Source: Promethearchaeota archaeon (GTDB lineage: Archaea; Asgardarchaeota; Lokiarchaeia; Sigyniarchaeales; SOKP01). Taken from it: a DNA stretch of 17,342 nt. The notes below the pieces were generated by a model. It saw nothing but the letters and a program-made list of their open reading frames with translations. It searched no databases and was not told where the DNA came from. The translations under genes and the position numbers were made by a program. Positions 9,074 to 15,878 of this stretch are shown here, piece by piece (position 1 is the stretch's first letter; each line of letters starts with the position of its first letter). The DNA lies in NCBI GenBank assembly GCA_016926735.1, contig JAFGOA010000017.1, forward strand, positions 1 to 17,342, written 5' to 3'.

Positions 9074-9535
9074 ATGCATTTAGTTCTTACTTATTTTGAC
9101 AGGTTAAGGGGACCAAGTATATTTTTATCATATCCAGAAATAGAAATTGAAGAAGATATAATTAATAAACTTATAAAATTCTTTGATTTAGACATTAATG
9201 AGACTTTTTTTGAAATTGTGCTCATCAATAAAAATAAGAAAATTATAAATCTTTATATTGAAATTCCTTCAGAATGGGCACGTGGAAATAAAGAAATGGT
9301 AATGCTCTCTTTAATAATGAAAAAAACATATCCAAGCGAACTACTTTACGCATTTATTGTTGAGACTTCCCATAAAATCCTTAAAACAAACAATGTTTAT
9401 AAGGCATTTTATAAAGATGATGATCATTTTAATGATAATATTGAAGTATTTTTGGCTCATGAACAAATTCGCTTAATTCTTTTTGATAGCCTTAATGCCT
9501 TAATTTCTAGATTAGAATCAAAAAAAAAAGTATAA
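9074..9535 (+). CDS. Asgard longin/uDENN-like domain protein
   Basis: LVLTYFDRLRGP..F..YP N-terminal pattern and IPSEWARG.KEMVMLSLI resemble the FD...GP and ARG motifs of NPRL2/folliculin/DENN-type longin domains. Confidence 0.6.
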   Translation: MHLVLTYFDRLRGPSIFLSYPEIEIEEDIINKLIKFFDLDINETFFEIVLINKNKKIINLYIEIPSEWARGNKEMVMLSLIMKKTYPSELLYAFIVETSHKILKTNNVYKAFYKDDDHFNDNIEVFLAHEQIRLILFDSLNALISRLESKKKV

Positions 9536-9618
9536 TCAAAAAATTATTGTAGAAAATATTTCTTTAGTTTAAATTAGATAATGATAGTTTTGAAAAAAGT
9601 TTATTATTCTTTATTGAT

Positions 9619-9628
9619 ATATTTAAAT
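9619..9628 (+). promoter_or_regulatory. Probable TATA box for the H/ACA RNA
   Basis: ATATTTAAAT; TTTAAA at 9622-9627 ends ~25 nt upstream of the first paired base (9652). Confidence 0.5.
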
Positions 9629-9651
9629 TGGGAAAATAATGATGGAATAAC

Positions 9652-9712
9652 TGCGTTATCGAGGGCATATATGACCCTATATGATTATATGTGCAAAGAC
9701 GCGCAAACATCT
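9652..9712 (+). ncRNA. H/ACA hairpin 1; predicted target 23S U2496 (E. coli numbering)
   Basis: Lower stem 9652-57/9698-9703; upper stem GCAUAUA 9665-71/UAUAUGU 9686-92; K-loop U9672.U9685, G9673.A9684, A9674.G9683; pocket AUCGAGG/GCAAA; 14 nt to ACA. Confidence 0.92.
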
Positions 9713-9736
9713 GGAGTTTTTATAGTCAAAAATTTA

Positions 9737-9821
9737 GCCCTGGTAAAAATGGGCTCTTGGTTGAGCATAAGGAGGAATCCAAGCGATGATACTAGGGCAG
9801 TAACCCAGGCAGGGTACATGA
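9737..9821 (+). ncRNA. H/ACA hairpin 2; tentative target 23S U2586 (E. coli numbering)
   Basis: Lower stem GCCCUG 9737-42/CAGGGU 9810-15 directly before ACA; stem UCUUGGU 9755-61/ACUAGGG 9791-97; K-turn UGA 9762-64 / GAU bulge 9785-87 / GAU 9788-90 with a GC/GC C-stem; apical GGA-GGAA-UCC (GNRA tetraloop). Confidence 0.85.
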
Positions 9822-9849
9822 TTATGCCCAATAAAGCATAGAAATTAAA

Positions 9850-9929
9850 GCCTAGCACGAGAGAACATATTTGATTTTAAGGTATCTCCTTGGAATGATA
9901 ATTTTGTGTTAGTGTTTTAGGCAACAGTC
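9850..9929 (+). ncRNA. H/ACA hairpin 3; target not identified
   Basis: Lower stem GCCUAG 9850-55/UUAGGC 9917-22; upper stem AACAUA 9864-69/UGUGUU 9905-10; K-turn-like UUUGA 9870-74 / AAU-GAUAA 9894-9901; apical UUAAGG/CCUUGG; ACA 13-14 nt from the upper stem base. Confidence 0.8.
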
Positions 9930-10000
9930 TATGCCCCTATCTTTATATGATTTTGATATTTTTAAAGATTTAAATCTTGTAATTCATAAAAAAAGAGAGA

Positions 10001-10465
10001 TTAAAGAAAACTTATTGAATCAGAATTAAATAATTCTTTTAATTCTTTATTCACAACATTCTCACTTACATCTAAATAGCTTTCTAATACTTTTTCTAAT
10101 TTTGGGGCCCATTTTTTCATCACTGCTCTGATAAATCCAATATTAACATTTTTCTCAGTAGCAATGCATAAAACACCTCTACCGATCTTCATAGAAAAGA
10201 TCATTCCTTTATTATACTCTGTTATTTGGAGATCAATATTTCCATAACCTAATATTACACCTTGCTCTTCTCCAGCCATAAAGACTGCTCCACCAATTGC
10301 ACCGATTTTTTCAACGGAAGTATTGTCATCGGATAATTTAAATTTGGATTGACTTAACAAGGTAATACCAGTTTCATCAATTATGATAGTATATTTAACA
10401 CCAGCAGTACTATCTATTATTGATTTTAAAATCTTTTTTAGAACAATTTCGTCTTCATAGCTCAT
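10001..10465 (-). CDS. Roadblock/LC7 (MglB/LAMTOR-like) domain protein
   Basis: IIIDETGI..S, EKIGAIGGAVF..GE, ITEYNKG.IF, LCIAT...VNIG.IR follows the roadblock pattern. Confidence 0.85.
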   Translation of the reverse strand: MSYEDEIVLKKILKSIIDSTAGVKYTIIIDETGITLLSQSKFKLSDDNTSVEKIGAIGGAVFMAGEEQGVILGYGNIDLQITEYNKGMIFSMKIGRGVLCIATEKNVNIGFIRAVMKKWAPKLEKVLESYLDVSENVVNKELKELFNSDSISFL

Positions 10466-10535
10466 TTTTATCCATCAATCCAATTATACTTTAAATATAA
10501 TATATATTTTTCTCTATAATGATTTATATAAAAGA

Positions 10536-10550
10536 TATATAAATTTCTTT
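10536..10550 (-). promoter_or_regulatory. BRE-TATA promoter for the roadblock gene
   Basis: The minus strand reads AAAGAAA-TTTATATA, ~70 nt upstream of the ATG at 10465. Confidence 0.5.
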
Positions 10551-10690
10551 AGAAAAATCTAAAATTTATACCCTTTACCTGTATAAATAAAATAAAAATT
10601 AGTATATAAATAATTAAGTATCAAATCTTTTGTTCTTATAATTATAACGAAAATCTATGATTAAGATATAAGGTTTTACTAATTTTAGGT

Positions 10691-11038
10691 TTAGAATAAT
10701 ATTTGTCTTTTAATTATGGATTTAAGTGTTTTATATCCATTAATATTTTGATTTGGTCTTTTTAAAAATATTACCAATTTAATAGAATCATCCTCATTTA
10801 ACGTTCTAACAATTTTAATGTAATTTTCATTATCTACAAATTTTCGTTGTTTTGCAATTGCTTCTAATGCGAGTTCTTGTTCTTTAAATGGAAATTTATC
10901 TGTTATTTTAGAAACAATTGGAAATCCGTGATAATCAGCAATTACACCAGCAGCAAAATTAGGGAAATTTTGACAAATATTATTAAGAAAATAATCTACT
11001 TGATCCTGACTAACTAAATTTTCACTAATAAAAATCAC
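10691..11038 (-). CDS. Divergent roadblock/profilin-fold-like small protein
   Basis: Helix followed by FAAGVIADYHGFPIVS (roadblock-like beta-hairpin) and ELALEAI helix; GTG start; shorter than its neighbour. Confidence 0.55.
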   Translation of the reverse strand: MIFISENLVSQDQVDYFLNNICQNFPNFAAGVIADYHGFPIVSKITDKFPFKEQELALEAIAKQRKFVDNENYIKIVRTLNEDDSIKLVIFLKRPNQNINGYKTLKSIIKRQILF

Positions 11039-11196
11039 TTTCAGTTATAATTAAGCAATAATTATTTGAAAAAAAAAGATTATTTTAAAGATGTATAACA
11101 TCAAGATGATATAGTGATAAATCGGTATTGGAAAAATAATTCAAATAGATAAAGTAAAATAAAAAGAAGTAAAGAAAAATGAGCTTTTTTTGTGAA

Positions 11197-12180
11197 TTAT
11201 TTTTCAGAATGTTTATTTTTTAGACTCACAATATCGATATTTAAATTCTCAATAAGTTCACTAAAACGATTTCTAACAGTAACCTCGGTTACTTGTGAAA
11301 CTTGAGCAATTCTTTTTTGAGTTCTTTTTTCTCTTGTAATTAAAGTACTTGCATATATAGCAGCGGCACACAATCCTGTTGGACCTCTTCCGGATGTTAA
11401 ACCTCTTTCAGAAGCCATCTTTATTATCATTTTTGCAATCTTATGGCACTCTGCTGAGAGATCTAATTCAGAGATAAAACGTGTTAAAAAGTCAGAAGGT
11501 TTTGTAGGATTTAAACTTAGATCAAGCTCATTTGAGATAAATCTAAATGATCTTGCTATTTCTTTCTTATCTACACGTGCTATATCTGCTATTTCAAAAA
11601 GAGTTCTTGGTATTTTGTACATACGGCAAGCAGCATAAAGACTAGCAGCAGCTACTCCTTCAATACTTCTTCCTCGAATAAGATGTTTTTCTACAGCGTT
11701 TCTATAGATTTTTGCGGAGCATTCCCTTAGATTTTTTTGTAGCTCTAAGCTTGATGCCATTCTATCTAATTCACTAAGAGCAAATGTGAGATTTCTTTCT
11801 GTAGCATCAGAAATCCTAATTCTACTTTGCCATTTTCTTAATCGATGGATTTGACCTCTTAATTTTACAGGTATCTCTTTACCATAGCTATCTCTATTTT
11901 TCCAATCGATCATTGTACTAAGACCTTTATCATGAATCATGTATGTCATAGGAGCTCCAGTTCGTGTTCTTTTCTTTTTTTGGTCAGAATCAAAAGCTCG
12001 CCACTCTGGACCTCTATCAATAGAATTTTCTGAATGTACAAGTCCGCAATTTTCACATATAATCAAACCTCGATTATGGTCAAAAAATACATTTTTTCCA
12101 CATTCATTACAAATATTTTTTTCTGTAGTAATTTTATCAGAGATGAATTTTTCTTCTTTCCAACTTGAAATATTAAACAC
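11197..12180 (-). CDS. tfb: Transcription initiation factor IIB (TFB)
   Basis: Zn ribbon CNEC...CENCG, B-reader GPEWRAF, HDKGLST, two cyclin repeats (RGRSIE, SGRGP), VTEVTVRNR. Confidence 0.98.
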   Translation of the reverse strand: MFNISSWKEEKFISDKITTEKNICNECGKNVFFDHNRGLIICENCGLVHSENSIDRGPEWRAFDSDQKKKRTRTGAPMTYMIHDKGLSTMIDWKNRDSYGKEIPVKLRGQIHRLRKWQSRIRISDATERNLTFALSELDRMASSLELQKNLRECSAKIYRNAVEKHLIRGRSIEGVAAASLYAACRMYKIPRTLFEIADIARVDKKEIARSFRFISNELDLSLNPTKPSDFLTRFISELDLSAECHKIAKMIIKMASERGLTSGRGPTGLCAAAIYASTLITREKRTQKRIAQVSQVTEVTVRNRFSELIENLNIDIVSLKNKHSEK

Positions 12181-12220
12181 CTAATAAGGTTTTGATAGAT
12201 TATATTTTTGTGGGTAAATT

Positions 12221-12469
12221 TTATTTAAATTTAGCATAAAAGTTATGGTTAGGATTTATTTCTTGATTTGGTTTAGTTTTTACAGAAATAAAGGGTGTAT
12301 CAATGGGTCCAAAAATATCTTTTACAAAACCAATATTATTATATTCTTCATTATATATTGGTTTTTTTAAGACTTTTTCAAGATTTTTATTCCATTTTGT
12401 AGCTCTAAAAATTTGATGTTTTTTAGCAGAAATACCTATATAATGTAAATCCAATTTAACCCAATTCAA
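12221..12469 (-). CDS. gar1: H/ACA RNP subunit Gar1/Naf1
   Basis: IGFVKDIFGPIDTPFISVK motif; gar1-tfb adjacency is common in archaea; TTG start. Confidence 0.9.
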   Translation of the reverse strand: MNWVKLDLHYIGISAKKHQIFRATKWNKNLEKVLKKPIYNEEYNNIGFVKDIFGPIDTPFISVKTKPNQEINPNHNFYAKFK

Positions 12470-12552
12470 TAAAAATCCCTCTTTAATGTTATTTTGTGAA
12501 ATATATTATAACATTAAGTATAATTTCTTAAACTAATTTAATTTATTGTCTA

Positions 12553-12560
12553 TATATAAA
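12553..12560 (-). promoter_or_regulatory. TATA box upstream of gar1-tfb
   Basis: The minus strand reads TTTATATA, ~85 nt upstream of the gar1 start. Confidence 0.4.
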
Positions 12561-12634
12561 TCTTAAGGTTTTATCTCTTCTCTCAGTTTACCTAAAAAGG
12601 AAAGGTTTTTTTAACCGTATTTTCTAAAAGTAAT

Positions 12635-13720
12635 TTAGTTTTGGATTTTTTGAATATCATATTTTTTTTTACAGATACATTCTGATTCAGATTTGTTTAA
12701 TTCTTCAAGATCTTGATTTAAAATAAAATTTTTTAGTAACTTGTTCATATTTTCATTACAATCTTTTGAAGAACAATTATGAATTCCTCTTTTGCTTCCT
12801 GATCCAGAAGGATCACACAATATTCGAACTTTTTTAAAATCTTCTTTTTTTAATGCTTGTCTAAAAGATTCAAATAAAGAATAAAACCATGGAGGTCTAT
12901 ATTTTTTTTGTTTCCATAAAGATTCTACAAGAGACCCTTTTTGAATATTACATGGATTTATCGAAATTGTATTAATATTACTTTCTGTAAGTTTTTTAAT
13001 TGATTTTATGCAATCATCTATACTTCCTTGTTCATTTAGAAAAGGAGGTTTAAAAAGAAGATAAACTTTTATTCCTATATCCATCTCATGAATTAATTTT
13101 ACTGCTTTCATAAACTTATCAAAAGTGAGGTTTTTATTAATATATTTATTTCTAATATAATCATCCACACTCTCAAGTCCTATACCTAACTCTATATACT
13201 TATTTTCAAGATAATTCAGCATTTGTTTTAATAAATTCTTATTTATGAATTCTACTCTCGTTTCAAAAGTAATTTCTTTAATATTAGGGATTTCAGAAAT
13301 TCTTTTATATATATGTATTCTGGTTTCCTCACTGATTTCTTTACTGTCAAAGAAGCTTCCAGAATTAAAGATTTTTAATGCGTAATTATTTGTATCACTA
13401 TTTATTTCATCGATTTTTTGGTCTAAAGCATAATCAAATTGATTAATAATTTGTTGAGGATCCACATAGTCGATATTAGCATCTTCAACATACCCACACA
13501 TCGAACAACCTGAATTTTCTAGAGCCCAACAACATCCCCTAGTCCTAAGAATAATAGTGATTTCTTTTCCAATCTCATCTAAGAGTCTTTCTTCTTTAAT
13601 CCAAAAACTTACAGGTTTATTTAACTGATCTATAGTATATTTTTTTTTATAATTAAGAGATTTCTTTCTTAATTTGGCAATTTCCTCACTTAAGCAATTC
13701 TTATTATTTCTTGATTTCAT
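12635..13720 (-). CDS. raSEA: Archaeosine biosynthesis radical SAM protein RaSEA
   Basis: IILRTRGCCWA...GCSMCGY (widely spaced Cys motif), KIFNSGSFFD, YLLFKPPFL, SINPCNIQKGS, YRPPW, GSKRGIHNC. Overlaps arcS. ATG at 13720 preferred to TTG at 13729. Confidence 0.92.
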   Translation of the reverse strand: MKSRNNKNCLSEEIAKLRKKSLNYKKKYTIDQLNKPVSFWIKEERLLDEIGKEITIILRTRGCCWALENSGCSMCGYVEDANIDYVDPQQIINQFDYALDQKIDEINSDTNNYALKIFNSGSFFDSKEISEETRIHIYKRISEIPNIKEITFETRVEFINKNLLKQMLNYLENKYIELGIGLESVDDYIRNKYINKNLTFDKFMKAVKLIHEMDIGIKVYLLFKPPFLNEQGSIDDCIKSIKKLTESNINTISINPCNIQKGSLVESLWKQKKYRPPWFYSLFESFRQALKKEDFKKVRILCDPSGSGSKRGIHNCSSKDCNENMNKLLKNFILNQDLEELNKSESECICKKKYDIQKIQN

Positions 13721-15788
13721 ATAAATCAACTACTCTCCCAAAATTAGTATTTTTAACATATTGAGAACTCACAATCATATTTCCCACTGCTATAATATTT
13801 TCTTTACTTTTATCAAAAATGCACACATTATCATTAGGATGTATATTTGGTTTGATTTCTAATATTCCTGGTTTAAATAAAGTATTTCCATTTATTTTAA
13901 TGCCATCAAATATTAAATAGTTTGAGAAGTTCTTCGCAAAAGCAATTTTTTTAGCTCCTTTTATAGTAAGTTCTATTTTCCCAGAGGAGATTTCGAATTT
14001 TCCGATAATATCTTTTTTATCCGAATGAAAAATCTCAATCTTTGTTTTTAACCTATTTTTTCTGTAGTATACCTCTTTATTAATCAAGAGATTACCAATA
14101 CCACGTCCAAATTGATAATCAATAATTTTTCGAAATTTTCTTATCCACATTTTCGAAATAGACCTTTCTTTTTCTACACCTTCATCTATAATATATAAAG
14201 TTTTAAATGAATGTATTAGGTTATTTAGATGATCTAACGATTCATTTGAAGTGGTATTTTCTTTAATATCTGTGTAGATAAATTTGTTTTCTAATGCTTT
14301 TTCAGCATTTTGAGCAATATCAACATATTTCCCCTCTAAATGACATATAATAGGAATATTTTTATCATATTTATTAATTAATCTTATCAGCATTTCGGAT
14401 GTTATTTTAATCTCATCCTCATCCCAATCACCCGTAACTGGAATATCATATGATTTAGCAGGGTAAATATCTTCTAATTGTCTAGGAATTATCCCTAAAG
14501 GAGATGTTAGAATAAATTCTTGAAATTCAGGGTATTCTGGATGATTTCTTAAGATTTTTAGAAATTTTTGATGTGATTTTGATTCTGAATAAGGTTTTTT
14601 TGCTGAACAAGGAAATAAAATAATCAATCTTGTTGATGGTTCAGGTGTAAAATTTTGAATAATATTATTTCTAAAATAATTAAAATCAGGACGATAATAA
14701 GATGAGGGTCCTAAACAATTAACTATTTTATTTTTTTGAATTATCTGAGAGAAATTTTCTGCAAAATTATAATAATCTTTATCATAAATCCTTAATAAGG
14801 ATATGAAATTTGGATTATTCATTGAAGATTTCTCAACAAAATTACGAAAATCTTCCGTATGTAGAAACTGGATAGTTTTATTCATATAATTTTTAATAGT
14901 TGAAAGATTGTGGTAGCATAATAAATCTATTTTTTCTGGAGATTTAGTATCTCCTATTAACTCTACCAACTTTCCTTTACAAGCTAAACAACTACAAGGA
15001 AGGTTTTTTATTTTGGTAAGGGGTAACAGAGTTTCTATAGAATCATATAAATTATGTGATGATATCACCAAGGAGTAAGAGCTATCGATCAAATCAAATC
15101 CAAAATAAATAAGGATAGGTAAATAATATGAGATTATTGTCCCTGAAATCATAAATACTAGATTACTATCAAGATTTTCTCTTAAATTTTTAATAACATC
15201 AATAATTCTTCTATAATAGGTGAGATTATCGAATAAATCAATGAAATTTAAAATTTTAATGTTTTTATTCTTTTTTATAAAAGATAAGTATAATTTTATC
15301 ATGTCAAAATCCTTAAATAATTTAATAGAAAGACCAAAATCAATTTTAGGATTATCTTTTAGTATTATTTCAACATTTTCTAAATAATTTTTAATCTCAT
15401 ATTCAGAGAAATTATTGTTTATAGATACTGTTGGAATGTTGAATGGAATTATTGGAATAATATTACTTTTAAAAAATAACTCATTTTTTTCATTCAATAT
15501 TTCATGAAATTTTGTTAACAATCCATAATAAGTATAGAGGAAAATTGATTCTCCAAACATCTTGTTTAAAATATCCTCTTTTAGATATTTTTCTTCTGAA
15601 ATCATAAAGATATCATGATATCCAAAGGAATCAATGAATTCTGCATTATTGGATAAAAATTGTTTAAAAGGAATGATAATATTTGGAGTATTAACAGATT
15701 TTTTTGTAGCATTATGAATCTTAATTTTACCAATTCTTGATAAATTTATCCTAGTTTTTATTAAATCAAAAAAAAAAACCATTTTCAA
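13704..15788 (-). CDS. arcS: Archaeosine synthase ArcS (TgtA2): degenerate TGT barrel, catalytic domain, PUA domain
   Basis: SRIGKI...TPN TGT-like start, LPCSCLAC...HN Zn site, PCSAKKPYSESKSH motif, TSPLGIIPRQLE..YP...YDIPVTGDW, DYQFG and C-terminal PUA. Start is TTG 15788 or ATG 15782. Confidence 0.93.
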   Translation of the reverse strand: MKMVFFFDLIKTRINLSRIGKIKIHNATKKSVNTPNIIIPFKQFLSNNAEFIDSFGYHDIFMISEEKYLKEDILNKMFGESIFLYTYYGLLTKFHEILNEKNELFFKSNIIPIIPFNIPTVSINNNFSEYEIKNYLENVEIILKDNPKIDFGLSIKLFKDFDMIKLYLSFIKKNKNIKILNFIDLFDNLTYYRRIIDVIKNLRENLDSNLVFMISGTIISYYLPILIYFGFDLIDSSYSLVISSHNLYDSIETLLPLTKIKNLPCSCLACKGKLVELIGDTKSPEKIDLLCYHNLSTIKNYMNKTIQFLHTEDFRNFVEKSSMNNPNFISLLRIYDKDYYNFAENFSQIIQKNKIVNCLGPSSYYRPDFNYFRNNIIQNFTPEPSTRLIILFPCSAKKPYSESKSHQKFLKILRNHPEYPEFQEFILTSPLGIIPRQLEDIYPAKSYDIPVTGDWDEDEIKITSEMLIRLINKYDKNIPIICHLEGKYVDIAQNAEKALENKFIYTDIKENTTSNESLDHLNNLIHSFKTLYIIDEGVEKERSISKMWIRKFRKIIDYQFGRGIGNLLINKEVYYRKNRLKTKIEIFHSDKKDIIGKFEISSGKIELTIKGAKKIAFAKNFSNYLIFDGIKINGNTLFKPGILEIKPNIHPNDNVCIFDKSKENIIAVGNMIVSSQYVKNTNFGRVVDLYEIKK

Positions 15789-15878
15789 ACAACATTAAGT
15801 TTAGATTTATTTATATCCAAGAAAATCTTGTACTGTGAAAAAATAATATTTGATCCTTATAAAACTAATCTTTCAAAA

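Larger units (their letters stand above)
9652..9929 (+). ncRNA. Triple-hairpin box H/ACA pseudouridylation guide RNA (or a cluster of three single-hairpin guides)
   Basis: GC-enriched island with three units, each lower stem / pocket / upper stem / UGA...UGAU K-motif / ACA. ACA boxes at 9707-9709, 9816-9818 and 9924-9926. Confidence 0.88.

Noticed and set aside
9581-9841. 86-aa ORF in the track
   Set aside because: No recognisable motif; it overlaps the TATA box and H/ACA hairpins 1-2, whose higher GC content explains the lack of stops.
9851-9866. CCTAGCACGAGAGAAC resembles the sarcin-ricin loop (CCUAGUACGAGAGGAC)
   Set aside because: The key AGUA is AGCA and these bases are used in the hairpin 3 stem and pocket; treated as coincidence.
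9865-9867. Additional ACA as a possible fourth box
   Set aside because: It is paired in the upper stem of hairpin 3 and has no K-motif hairpin of its own upstream.
9652-9940. RNase P RNA, SRP RNA, tmRNA or riboswitch interpretation of the GC-rich island
   Set aside because: No GAGGAAAGUCC P4 pair, no SRP helix-8 CAGG-stem-GNRA-stem-AGCA and no tRNA-like ends; the H/ACA model explains the stems, K-motifs and spacing.
11939-12184. 81-aa plus-strand ORF
   Set aside because: Antisense shadow of tfb.
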